From Eledone cirrhosa (Eukaryota), in NCBI GenBank assembly GCA_964016885.1, contig OZ024740.1, forward strand, positions 88,846,001 to 88,910,000: a stretch of DNA of 64,000 bases. Direction: 5' to 3'. The translations under genes and the position numbers were made by a program. The notes beneath the pieces were generated by a model. It made no database searches. It saw nothing but the letters and a program-made list of their open reading frames with translations, and was not told the origin of the DNA. This document shows positions 29,407-44,590 of the stretch, one piece after another; the first letter of the stretch is position 1, and each line of letters begins with the position of its first letter.

Positions 29407-29722
29407 CATAGAGAGAAGAAGAGAGGAAGGAAAACAAGACAGCTAGATAGTTATATGTGTACGTATGTACGGGAGGTTTTGGATTGTTATATCTGATGTA
29501 TTCACAAGCATGCATACATACAAACATATATACATATATACATATATACATATATACATGCATAGATGCTTACATTCAAATATGCACGAACATAAACACA
29601 TACACCACCCCATATACATATATATGTATATATATATGTGTGTGTGTGTGTTTGTGTGTTTGTGCGTGTTTGTGTGTATGTGTATGTGTGTGTTTATATG
29701 TTTGTGTATGTGGAAGCATGTA

Positions 29723-29756
<34 letters not shown>

Positions 29757-30125
29757 TGTAATCGCGTGTATGTGTGTGTTTATATGTTTGTGTATGTGGA
29801 AGCATGTATGCATGTGTATATATATATATATAGGTGTAATCGCATGATGTTAACATATGTGTGTAATTCTGTGTAACTGGTGTATGAATTCTATGCCTTT
29901 AGGACATGTATCTGAATGAAATAATGTAATAAAATTTAAACGACCTATAAATATATTTTCTCATTTTTTTCATATTGAGGGGATAGGTAAAAAGGAAATG
30001 TATGTAAACAGAAAAATGAATAATTTATGTATCCATTTATGTATCCATTCAAATCTCTCTATCTATTCCCCCTCTCTCTCTTTATATATATATATATGTA
30101 TTATCTGTGTGTGTATATGTATCTG

Positions 30126-30201
<76 letters not shown>

Positions 30202-30232
30202 GTATACATATATATATATATATATTTATCTG

Positions 30233-30291
<59 letters not shown>

Positions 30292-30329
30292 AGTATACAT
30301 ATATATATATATATATATTTATCTGTATG

Positions 30330-30564
<235 letters not shown>

Positions 30565-32286
30565 TCTTCTTCATCCACGCATTCCTCAGAGGGCCATGGG
30601 GCAAGAATCCGCAAATACTCCTTCCAGTGGAGAAGCAACAATCGCCAAATGATCCGACTGCATCTCCCAGCGAAACCAGCCATGCTCATGGATGTTATCC
30701 AACCATCTTGCTCGGGTTTCAACCCTGGCTCCCGTGACGGTTGGTTTTACCCGTAAAATCTGTCCAACATTTCTTTCATGAGAAATTCTAACCACAAGTC
30801 CATAGTATTGGAGATGTGATCTCTCAATTTGGAGAAGTAGCTGATCTACATGGAGTGTCTCTTTGATGTTTGCGCCAAGCAATCTGTCGAGTAACGTTAA
30901 TCCAAAGACCCTTCGGATGAAATCCATTTCGGCCGCTTGTATTCGCGATCGTATTCATTCGGTCATTACTCAAGATGATTACTACATTTAAGGAAAGGCA
31001 CGAATTCCGAATTGAAGATATTGAGCTTTGCTTTCACGCTTACCACTCTTCTGTTGATTATTGAATGCTGAAGCTGGCACATTAGTGCTCCCGCAATTCT
31101 TATACTCAATTCAGTCTCCTGCTTTCCAACACTCGTGAAAACAGCCCGAGATGCCTGAACATTTTCTACCTCCTTCAGTGGATATTCATTTATATGTAGA
31201 GTGCACTCTGCAGGTTACCTTGTGTGGCCGAGTGTCTCGGTTTTCGCAGCACTGATTTTCATTCCAGTATTGCAGCACACGATACTACAACTATTGACTG
31301 CAAGTCGGAGATCACCTTTTGTCGCGTTGAGTCACAACATATCGTCTGAAAATCCCAGCAGACTAATTTTACACCTGCCAGTCATGATACAAATACCAAA
31401 CCAGCTTCACATGTGAATCTTGTTCATATATATAATGAACAGGAAATGTGTAATTCTGCAGACTTTGTGGAATCCAACTCCGACAATGAATGGTTTCAAT
31501 TTAGCACCATTTATCCGAGCACAAATACTCGGGCACTCGTAGAGAGTTATCAGGGCAGCAAGAGGCTGACCATCGATTCCATTCGCCTGCAGAATCTCCC
31601 ACAACATGTCCCGAGGAATGCAGTTATATGCCTTCTCAATGTCGACAAAACAAGAATATACTTCTTGGCAATAATCACGCGATTTCCCGCATGCCTGAAG
31701 CAGTGTGGGTATTTTGTTAGCTCTGTTATGTCAAGGATGAAAACCGCCCTATTCAGCAAGCTTGGACTCGACAATCTCCCTACATGTGTTTGCCAGAAAC
31801 TTAGCCTAAACATTACCAGTGAGGCTTAACAAAGAGATCCATTTGTAATTGGAACTATCACTTTTGTCTCCCGTTTTGAAAATTGCCATTGCTTTGGTTT
31901 ATTTCCAGAGATTCAGACCACCTGGTACACATGAGTCTGCCAGGAAATACCGTCTCTATTTAACGCTCTTTACATATCGGTCCGGATCTCCTCTTCCGCA
32001 ACGGTCTTGCCATATTATAGCTCATCAACTGCTGTTTTGGCCAAATTCTTTGAGAGATTAGTCACCTCTTCGTAATGCACCTCGTGTACATCAGAAGATG
32101 GTGTTGTAATCAGGTTTAGGAGAACAACAAAGTATTCTCCCCACCTCATTACGATGTACCTCGCTGAGGAGAGTAGAACGCAACGCCCAAACACATTCTT
32201 GATAGCAGATGTGGTGGAGGGATTCTTATCACGAAGTCGGAGGATGGTCTGCAAGAACATTATTTTTCAGTTCTGAATTCGGATCC

Positions 32287-32290
<4 letters not shown>
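30565..32290 (-). mobile_element. RTE-clade LINE, 5'-truncated, disrupted RT
   Basis: Fragments LWEILQANGIDG..RINGAKLKPFIVGVG..LFIIYMNKI, GFSDD, MDFIRRVFGLTLLDR; (GAA)n 3' tail at 30565; TA flanks. Confidence 0.85.
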
Positions 32291-32351
<61 letters not shown>

Positions 32352-32382
32352 CATACATGTATATATATATATATACATACAT

Positions 32383-32458
<76 letters not shown>

Positions 32459-32535
32459 ATGTATGTATATATGTATATATATTATATATTATGGAATACT
32501 GTTGGCTTCTTGCTACAATAATGTCTGTAATTTTC

Positions 32536-32606
<71 letters not shown>

Positions 32607-32624
32607 GAATTTAGCTTCGAGCAT

Positions 32625-33060
32625 AGCTGTATACATTTATGTATTGGAATTTCTTAGATGTTACCTTAGAATTAGGCACTGGTCTATACAGACCTTACCA
32701 TAAGCCCGGCGAGGTTCTATCTTATAACAATCATGCTTCTAACCACCTTAATCTATGCTCAAGTCCGTTGTCTATAGCATCTCCCATAGAATCTCTAGGC
32801 TTTCTGCTAATGAGGACCTCTTCAACCAAACAGCAGATTATTATAATAGGGCAATAGCTGATCTGGTTATAACCGTAAAATTTCATACCTCCACAATGCA
32901 TGCTCTATAAAGCTTCCCCTCCATGTAGGACTAATGTTATAGCGAGCCATACCTACAACCAACAGCACGGCGGTCAAACTAACGTAAAAAATTGTAGAAG
33001 TGAGAATAGTACTAATAGCTACGGCCCACATAGCAACCACAAAAGTTGCCCTTTTGTTCA
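32625..33060 (+). pseudogene. PLE (Naiad-like) RT thumb fragment
   Basis: NFLDVTLELGTGLYRPYHKPGEVLSYNNHASNH, then frameshifted RISRLSANEDLF..YYN..SGY. Confidence 0.8.
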
Positions 33061-33065
33061 ACACT

Positions 33066-33583
33066 ACGTCTGTATACATATATGTATGTACGTATACATA
33101 CTTATATTTAAGTATCATCCGTACTAAGAGTGAGAAATGAAATTTCATCTTTTCCATTTATCGTTTCCGGTACGCCCGGCGGACTAATTCACTCGATATG
33201 CAAATTAGGCTGCTCAGCCGTTAATATGCATAAGGAAAGTATTTACTTTCAAACGTTCAATCGACAGACAGGAAGGTATACGGTACTGATGACAGCTAAC
33301 ACGCTAGAAACTAGTTCATCGTTCCTTTGACAGTGTTGAAAAAAGGGCAACGATGGTTGCCGAACACTGTACGGCTAATAATTCGGGCTGTTTGTTTACA
33401 AACAAACCGAGCATTATAATAAATTTTCGGTAAACCCATACGTACATATATATATATGTGTGCATGTATGTATTATATACATACTACTGTACGTCTGTAT
33501 ACATATATGCATGTACTTATAACTACTTATATTTAAGTATATGCCATACTAAGAGTGCTAAATGAATTTTCATTTTTTCCATT
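33066..33583 (+). mobile_element. Second copy of the about 425-bp HHR monomer family
   Basis: 33066-33160 repeats at about 33491-33583; reverse-complement homolog of 17988-18467. Confidence 0.85.
33281..33321 (+). ncRNA. Minimal type I hammerhead
   Basis: CGGTA-CTGATGA-CAGC-TAACAC-GCTA-GAAA-CTAG-TT-CATCG; palindromic ACTAGT stem III. Confidence 0.75.
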
Positions 33584-33593
33584 TATATATATA

Positions 33594-35820
<2,227 letters not shown>

Positions 35821-35839
35821 ATATATATATATATATATC

Positions 35840-38800
35840 GTTATACTTGGAGAGGGTCATATTTGTGTAATATTGCCAGAATTAATAACAGAACACACTC
35901 ACTGTTTGGTTGGTTTTCGCTTTTCGCTTGTGTGTCTTTTATATCGGTAATCTAATTTATTCGGTCCTCAATGTTGCCATTGACTGACCAATGGTCAAAA
36001 ATAATACAGATACAATATAGACACAAACACATATATATAGTTTATCAAAGTTCTTTCGTTGCACATCTGCAACATCGTCAGTGGTGCTATTGTTTCCTCC
36101 CGTTACATTGTATGTCTACGCCATTTTTATTTAGTCTGTCTATATATTTATTTATTTATTTGTTTGTTTGTTTGTTTATTTTATTTTGTCTTCTTTGCGC
36201 ATGCGTTTGCGTGTATTTATAGTGTTTTGTTTGATGTGTGTTCGTGATTGGGTGACTGTATATCGGTTAATGTATTCTATCTTCTCTAGTGTGTGTTTAT
36301 ATGTGTTTGTTGTTATTGTGCTTGTGTATGTATTTATTAATTTATTTATCTATTTATTTATTTATTTATACTTCTCTTAGGTCAGTGTTGTTTGTTTGGG
36401 TGTTGTTGTTATTCCATTCATTCTTTCTGTTTAGTCTTCGCCTTCTAAGTTCTATTTCACTGGCCTCTCTGATTTGCTTATCTGCTGGGTCATTTCTATG
36501 TTTAGATATTATTCCAATTTCTATGTTGTCTATGTTACCGTCGTGTTGTCTGGCATGTTCGTATAGTACTGACCCGTTTGTTCGTCCTTTTAGTTCCCCC
36601 CAGTGTTGGTCTATCCTTTCACCTATGCTACGAGCTGTCTCGCCTATGTATGTTGTTGTCATGTTTCTGCAAGTACCCTCTGTACATCTTATTCTATAGG
36701 CTACGTTTCTAGTTTTACAGTTTATCCGGGGGTTTACCTTACATATGATACATTTTCTATTAGTACAGTGTGTTTTCTTAAAAGTACAGTGTGTTTTCTT
36801 AAGTGGGTCTTTCTCAGGCCCTTTCCACACTGGTAGTCGATAGTTACAGTTATACTCAGTTATACTTTGCTGATCAGGGATTTGATGGTGGTTCATGGCT
36901 TTCCTACCACCTTAATCTTTAAGTGGGTCTTTCTCAGGCCCTTTCCACACTGGTTAGCTAATTTCCCTCCAGGGGTAGCGTCCACAAACATGACACTCTG
37001 GTATCTCTGGTTGTCGTACCATGAGGTGGCTTTCCCTATGTTATGTCTAGCCCTATCTAAGCTATTCCATGATTTGCTCCTGTATAATGGGCAAATTCCT
37101 TTCATGTCCAGTTCTATGAGGGTCTTATACTTCTCCATGGCTCCTTCGTATACTCTGACTCTGTCTCTTTGGTTGTATCCAGAGAACTGCATGCGGTCGA
37201 TGAAGTGTTGGATGTGTCTTTCCATTTCTGTTGGGTCGCACATGCGGGACACATTCTTCATCACTCGTACCAAATCTGCGATCAGAATATTAAACTTAGC
37301 ACTACTGGATATTGCTGAGTTTTTGAGTATCAGGTATATGGATGCCATAGGTTTAGCATAGTCTGAGTGGAGAATTTGGGCTCTCTCGTCTACAGTGTTA
37401 ATCCAGAGTTCCGTGTCTAATACAGGTAGTCTATTATTAGGGTGTTTTGAAGGGTAGTCGATAGTTACAGTTATACTCTGGTGTATGGAATTAGCTATCT
37501 GCTGGATGCTTTCCATTGTGCTTCGTTCTAAATCAAACTTGTTAGTACTCTCTAGTGGGGATGTTCTTATTACTATATTGATATCGTCTACGTAACGAGA
37601 GTACATGATGAGGTCTATGGAGCTCTCATGAAGGAGATCTTTGAGTCTCCTTTCCCACCATACCACGAAAAGGTTGGCAACATCACCAGCTATGCTGACG
37701 CCAATGGCTGGTCCCTAATTTTGGGTGTAGATCTTCTCGTTGAAGTTGAATATGTGGCCCTTTAGGGTAGTTTTGATACTAGCCCCTATTGCATGTGTGA
37801 CCATTTTTCTTACCTGATCATTGTTTTGGGGGGTCCGTATAGCTTTGGTCCACCCAATCCACCTTTCCATGGGAGTCTCTTTTGCCATGGAGGTTATGGT
37901 GGGGGGTCTACCTCTTATGGGTCTACTAGGGCAGAAACGTCTAAGGTCATGGCTGTCTAGGTAGTCAGTGTCGTAGGTAAGTCTAAGTAGGAGGCCCAGT
38001 TCGTATGTGTCGACGTCGCAGAACTCCACCTCACTCTCAATGTTTATCTCCACACATTTTTCCACAGCAAAATCAATGTTAATGGATGGGTACAGTGATA
38101 CCACATCCATGCTGCCTATTATGCAGTTGGATAGGTTCCTGTTTTTGTTGCACTCACTGATTCTGCTGAGGAGGTCCTCTGTACTCTCACATACATCTGG
38201 GGAATCTTGATTATGGGGCGTATAACCATTGAGAGGAAGTAGGAGATCCTGTAGTTGCTAGCTATATTAGCTCCGCATACCGGTCTTGTTGGTGGTCCTG
38301 TTGTCGGGTCGATGACTGTCTTGTGGTCTTTGCGGAGCCCATACAAGGGTCGTATGCCATTGTTAGACGCCTGGAATTTGTTGGCAGTGCCTCTGCTTGG
38401 CTTTAGGATGTCACTCCACATCATCATGTGAGCGTTGAGGATTTTCTCTCTCCCATCATGTGTTTGCTGTGCAATTTCGCTCGTGTTGGTGATATGGGGT
38501 TGCATAGCCTTGATGTAGTTCGGCATGCTATCTATTGACATCCTACCAGACTTATCCGTGGGTAGACATACTACCTCATCATCCCTTGTGCGCTGCTTGG
38601 GGCTAACCAACCCTTCTACAGGTTTCCTCCCAAGTTGTTGGGCCTCTGGTCCGCTCTGTCTCTAAGTGTACCTGTCTACTATTTGTCTAATCTTATTTCT
38701 AGCTATGGTGACCTGTGCCTCTGTCTCGTCATCTATTTGTTGTAGTATGCAAACTCTTTTATTAAAGGGTAACCTCGTAGGATAGATATTACCGATCTTA

Positions 38801-39080
38801 TATGTTTTGTCAACTGGGTTGAAAAATAGTTTCTCTAAGGGGTTGTCATTATATCTATCGTCATAGTTGTGTGTGTTGCTATTATTATTATTATGGTGGT
38901 TGTTGTTGTTCCTATCATTATCATTATTATTATTGTTATGATTGCTAAACGTATTGTTGCTGTGATTGTTGTTTACTTCACCGTTATTGTTGTTGTTACT
39001 GTTATTTCTACCATTGTGGTTGTTACTTTTAATATGTTTCTTGTTTTTGTTGTGTCTATCATTAATGTTGCTATCTATAT
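35840..39080 (-). mobile_element. Near full-length Penelope-like retroelement (RT + GIY-YIG), disrupted
   Basis: LPTDKSGR, LYGLRKDHK..PTRPVCGA, MDVVSLYPSI, YSRYVDD, LPVLD, YAKPMAS, then CxxxxCxxC..C..VAYRIRC..YIGETARSIGERIDQH..EA..LNRKNEW; stops and frameshifts between ORFs 38119-38610, 37715-38110, 36893-37666 and 36366-36896. Clade not assigned. Confidence 0.92.
36044..36085 (-). ncRNA. Minimal hammerhead in the 3' pLTR of the coding PLE
   Basis: ACCA-CTGACGA-T-GTTGCA-GATG-TGCAAC-GAAA-GAAC-TT-TGAT; stem II differs in sequence from the 35413 copy but still pairs. Confidence 0.72.
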
Positions 39081-39081
39081 A

Positions 39082-40088
39082 TTGTTATGCTTTGGGAGGG
39101 TCATGTTGCCGATAAGAAACATACGCATCATAGCTTTCACTTCAATTTATTATATATTGAATTTATAAATTTAAGAATTTATAAATGTCTGCGTGTGTTT
39201 ATATTTGTTTATTTATTTGTTCATTTACATGTTACTGGTTAGTTGTTTGTTCTATGTGTGTGTATGTTTTCATTTTGTCTTTAATTAATTTGTCCCCATA
39301 TTAAATGTAAAACTAGAAATATAGTATATAGCATAAGATGTACTGAAGGACAATGTAGAGATAAGAATATAGTGTACATAGGTAAGACAGCTTGTAGCAT
39401 AGGAGAACGGATACATGAACACTGGCGAGAGCTTCAAGATAGAAAGGAATCATCTGTACTCCACCAACATGCTAAAATAGAACATAAGGGTAAATTAGAG
39501 AACCTAAAAATAGAATCTACACACAGAAAAGACGCAATGTTTAGACATATCACAGAGGCAATACACATAAATGAACTCCAACCAAAATTAAATAGAAAAC
39601 ATGAATGGAATAGCAACATCACAACTTACAAATAAGGACAAAATGAAAACACACATAGAACAAACAACCAGCCAGTAACATGTAAATAAACTAATAAATA
39701 AACAAATATAAACACACACAGGCACCCGGATGTAACACATGCGCAAACTAAGCACACAACACACACAAAAACAAGATGGCGTATGACAGAACAAAGGAGA
39801 GGCACAACAACAAAGAAAAGAATGCCCAGTCACTGAAGAAGTCACAGAATGTTTGACAAAAGAATTTTGACAATATATGAACAACCGTCCGGTGGTGAAA
39901 CCAACCAACCAACCGGAAATATATAATTTCTTAAATTTATGAATTTAATTTATAATAAATTAGAGTGAAAGCATCTGGTGCATGTGTTTCTTATTGGCAG
40001 CATGACCCTCCCAAAGCATAACAATATCGGTTTCAACACACGTTTTCAGATAAAGAATCTTGCTAAACAAATTCAGAAACGAAATATT
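39082..40088 (+). mobile_element. 5'-truncated PLE: inverted pLTR piece, GIY-YIG, 3' pLTR with degenerate HHR (39829-39871)
   Basis: CKTRNIVYSIRCTEGQC..YIGKTACSIGERIHEH..EAIHI..LNRKHEW (39305-39635), paralogous to the 36366 EN; 39082-39280 is inverted relative to parts of 39635-40027. Confidence 0.85.
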
Positions 40089-40115
40089 AGTATATATATA
40101 TATATATATATATAC

Positions 40116-40212
<97 letters not shown>

Positions 40213-40451
40213 GGAGATATAAACTCAAATAACCTTTTACAATTAAATAGCACAAAGAAAGGAATATTTCTGAGCCGTTTAATACAAATGAATATATGAT
40301 AAGGATAAACAATGATACACGTATACATGTGTTTGCATTGCAAATGATCAAGTTAGCTAGATTGAAAAATACTAATTAAAATAATACGGTTTGCCTGTCT
40401 CGATTTAAAATAATAAATCAATAAAAACAAACCTATATTGGCAATAGCCGT

Positions 40452-40541
40452 GATACCTGGACAAATTTAAATTTTAAATTTTAAATTTGTTTCGCAACAA
40501 TTAAGTGAAATTTCCTATTCCTGTGCTCTTCTGCAGGTATC
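40452..40541 (-). ncRNA. Hammerhead with CAGAAGA variant core
   Basis: Reverse complement of 40848-40924 with a longer loop III. Confidence 0.78.
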
Positions 40542-40847
40542 CATAAATTGGTAAGTTTCACTTCAAAATACTTAAGAAGACTGAGAGAAATGTGTTGTTG
40601 AACGCACATGTGTCGCAGCGTCTAGCACGTCCTATACTCGTGTCGCTAAAAATAGCAGCCGGTTTTATGGGACTAAAAATTAGCTCAACGCATGGAGCCG
40701 AGAATATTATATATGGAGTTATAAAACCGGCTGCTATTTTTAGCGGCACGAGTATGGGACGTGCTAGGCGTTGTGACACATGTGCTTTCAACAAGACATT
40801 TCTCTCAGTCTTCTTAAGTATTTTGAAGTGAAACTTACCAATTTATG

Positions 40848-40924
40848 GATACCTGCAGAAGAGCACAGGAATAGGAAATGTCACTTAATTGTTGCGAAAC
40901 AAATTTAAAATTTGTCCAGGTATC
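40848..40924 (+). ncRNA. Hammerhead with CAGAAGA variant core
   Basis: GATACCTG-CAGAAGA-GCA..TGC-GAAA-CAAATTT-A-AAATTTG-TC-CAGGTATC; 8-bp stems I and III; GTC triplet. Confidence 0.78.
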
Positions 40925-41251
40925 ACGGCTATTGCCAATATTGGTTTGTTTTTATTGATTTATTATTTTAAATCGAGACAGGCAAACCGTATTATTTTAA
41001 TTAGTATTTTTCAATCTAGCTAACTTGGTCATTTGCAATGCAAACACATGTATACTTGTATCAGTATTTATCCCTATCATATATTCATTTGTATATATAT
41101 ATATATGCATATCTGTCGGTGTATGTATGTGTGTAAGTGTCTATGTGCGTGTATGTATATATCTGTGCGTATGTGTATATGTATATATGTATATGAGTAT
41201 GTGTGTGTATATGTATGTCTGTATATATATATATATATATAATTTTATTTT

Positions 41252-42151
41252 AGTACAATGAAAGTCTTGCTCGGAGTGGATTTGTCGATAAGGTAGCATA
41301 TACAGAGTACGAGAATATACGTAGAAGAAATAGATCCCGACGCATTATATGGTATAACACACCATGAGTTAAAATCCCGTCGAAATTGACGTTGCCTTTC
41401 ATCCTTACGGGGTCGATAAAATAAAGTACCAGTAATGCACTGGGTATTGCTGGCCTTGTGCCTAAAGTAGAAACAATTATATGGTATAACACACCATATA
41501 ATATGGATGTGGCCACACCATTAGCTAAGATCTTTCTCTCCCTTATTATGAAGCATTTTCCCCCTACACATACATATAGTAACATTTTTAATAGAAATAC
41601 TATTAACATTTCTTACTCTACGGCTCCTAACCTTGCACATAACATCACAGCTTCACATTTCGCTAAACTACCTAGCCGTAGGAACACGTGCAACCCTGTA
41701 GTTAGTACTAACTGAAATTGTAGGAATCGGGTTAACTGCCCCCTATCCGGGAAATGCCTCTCTAGTAACATTGTCTACAAATGTAAGGTTGAAACACCCA
41801 CGTCCCGTAGGGCCTACATAGGGTTAACAGCCAATATATTCAAGCAGCGTCTTTACATGCATACCCATTCTTTTCGTAACCCTTTAAGAAGGAATATGAC
41901 GTCACTTTCAGCTTATATCTGTAGTCTAAAAGACGACCACACCCAATATAAGTTACACTGGAAGATCCTAGATAGGGACAGATCGTATAACGGAAATAAA
42001 AAAATGTAACATCTGCGCCGCTGAGGCCTTGGAAATACTCTACGCCAAAGACCACTATCTTAAACAAAATATCTGAGGCAATTTCGGCTTGTAAATATAA
42101 ATTGCACAAAACTTTCCTGTATTACAGCCCCACATTATACCCTAACGGATA
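41252..42151 (+). pseudogene. Naiad-like PLE C-terminus (linker + GIY-YIG) interrupted by a SINE
   Basis: SLARSGF..RNRSRRIIWYNTPY..KHFPPTHTYSNIFNRNTINISYS..*NCRNRVNCPLSGKCLSSNIVYKC..YIGLTANIFKQR..H..SF..TSLS..WKIL, then frameshifted CNIC..E..LNK..C. Confidence 0.88.
41366..41475 (+). mobile_element. 5'-truncated SINE inside the Naiad element
   Basis: 22-bp TSD ATTATATGGTATAACACACCAT at 41344-41365 and 41476-41497. Confidence 0.9.
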
Positions 42152-42844
42152 GTACGAACTATACGCGAACATTTTACGTCTTGATGTGGTAGCTAAGTAT
42201 ATGTTATGTTTATACCATTACTTATTTGTATAGGTAAGTATATATTACCTGTATGTTTTGTGAAGGTACGTATACTTTCTCGTACGTATATTTGATTGGT
42301 TATGTTATGGCTTATATATTATATATTCTGGTACATATGCTTTTGGTTATGTGTGTACGTGAGTTTTGCGTGTGTGTGAGTATGCGGGTTCGTACATATG
42401 TAGGGTGTGTGTATATGTGTACTTTGTGTTTTGGTTGACGTACGTCTCCGAACATATGTGTATTTACATGTAGATATGTGTGTGCTCTTGTTATATACGT
42501 ATTTATTTATTTATATACGTTTATTTAATTATATGTATACACGCACACACACACACACACATACATATATATATATATTTTTTTTTATATATATATATTT
42601 TGATGTGTATTTGGTGTATACATTCGTATGCGTGCGGATACAGGCGTTGCGTAGGTTCTGTATGTGCGCACGGGTTTTTTTTGTGTATGTGCGTGTATTT
42701 GTATACCTATGGCGAGTGTTTTCCCGTATGCTTGTGTATGTCCGTATATGGATGCGTGTATGTATTTATTTTATTTCAATTACCTCTGTATTTTATTTAC
42801 TTTATTCTTAACCCTGAAGCCGTGAATCATTCGGTTTCCTAGTT

Positions 42845-43200
42845 AGAATTTTAGTCTAAGACTTCAGTCATAGCATTGTTATGCGATTCTTCTCCCCGCT
42901 CCACATATGACGTATTATCTTCGTTGTTTCCGTTCATTGCTAGAGAACGTCTCTATGAATCACCTAATAGAATATTAGTCTGCGACTTCTTTTATACCAT
43001 AAACGTGGTTTTGTCTTTGCGTGTAATGGTTTTTCACCGTTCTAAATAATGACGTATTATATTCGTTTTTTCCTGTTCTTTGCGAGGGAACGTTTCTACG
43101 AACCAAAGTATCGTTCTCCTGTCTTCTCCAGTTGCATCGTTTTCTGAAATATTTACTTCTGCGTTCACAGATTGACTGTGTTAGTTTCAGAAGATCCCGT
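42845..43200 (+). mobile_element. Fragment homologous to the interior of the 24546 element
   Basis: AATATTAGTCT..TATACCATAAAC..GACGTATTAT..AGGGAACGT..TTCTGCGTTCACAGATT shared with 25196-25392. Confidence 0.65.
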
Positions 43201-43266
43201 TAAGGTTGAAAGCAGAGATTCTTTGCTTAAACTTTAACCTGTTATTTTAATAAATGTATATATATG

Positions 43267-43313
<47 letters not shown>

Positions 43314-43355
43314 ATATATATAAACATATATGTATGTATATGTGTGTATGTGTAT

Positions 43356-43389
<34 letters not shown>

Positions 43390-43755
43390 ATATGTGTATG
43401 TGTGAGTATGTATGTATGTATGTATGTATGTATGTATGTATGTATGTGTATGTATGTGTATGTATATATGTATATATATATATGTATATATGTATATATA
43501 GCTTATTATATGAACAGAGAACATAAAACAGAGATTGCAGCATAATTGATATGGTCTTTGATTTCACGCTATATATATGTATATATAGGTGTATATGTGT
43601 ATATATATATATGTATGTGTGTATATATATGTATGTATATATATATGTGTATATGTGTGTATATGTATGTGTATGTATATATATGTATATATATGTGTGT
43701 ACGTGTGTATATATATATGTGTGTATAGGTGTACGTATGAATATATATATATATT

Positions 43756-43816
<61 letters not shown>

Positions 43817-43974
43817 CAGCCGTTCTAAGAGTGGGAAATGAAATTTCGTTTCATTTTTTCCGTGTGTATATATACATATGTGTATATGTGTGTAACATGT
43901 ATATCTGTATATGTATGCGTATGTATGTACACATATATATGTATGTGTGTATGTATGTATGTATTTGTATGTGT

Positions 43975-44590
43975 CAGGTCACCAGTTGGTGCTACTGGTA
44001 ACATGTATCCCAATACAACCTGTCCCATGGTCGGGTCGTTGGCGACTAAACTGGCAACCCCACCAAGGTTTCTTGGTGAGGAAGGTGACTTTGGACATCC
44101 TGCAGGACTTAAAACAAAACCTGTCAAAGGGCAAAGGAGCTCTTAAGAGTCAATGGCCATCCAAAATCACTGGGAGAGATGACCCCTTAGCCTTTGTCAA
44201 GGCAGAATTCTAGGAGAAGGAAAACTCTGATATAACACCTGCAACCCTGATGGTATCCAATGATGTTGACTTGTTCTTCTTTTTGGTAAATATCATCTTG
44301 GTTAAGAGAGTGGGACTGGCTTTGTGCAGTGCCTTTGCTCACTATAAAAGCTTCACGGCACAGGCATTGCTTTATATCTGGAGATCTCTGATCTCTCTGC
44401 ACTTGTCGTCACATGGTACCATGGGCCAAGCACTATGTGTCAATAATTGTCACAGGTGTAGTGTTTGTACCAGAGTTTTCAAGTCGCTGGCTGGACTGAA
44501 AAGTCACACTCGTTCAGCGCATCGGTAGGGGTTCTCCTACATGGATATAAATTAGTGGCCGTACTCGAAAACGAGTTGGCAGCCACCATT
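43975..44590 (+). mobile_element. Internally deleted RTE/BovB-like element
   Basis: GC-richer UTR-like segment joined to a C-terminal C2H2 motif, CSVCTRVFKSLAGLKSHTRSAH, typical of RTE ORF ends. Confidence 0.55.

Larger units (their letters stand above)
40203..41093. mobile_element. Non-coding HHR element: about 505-bp monomer plus inverted arm
   Basis: Arms of about 40282-40668 and 40721-41093; TATTATATATGGAG(A/T)TATAAA at 40203 and 40707 marks the monomer; third copy at 63498-64000. Confidence 0.88.
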
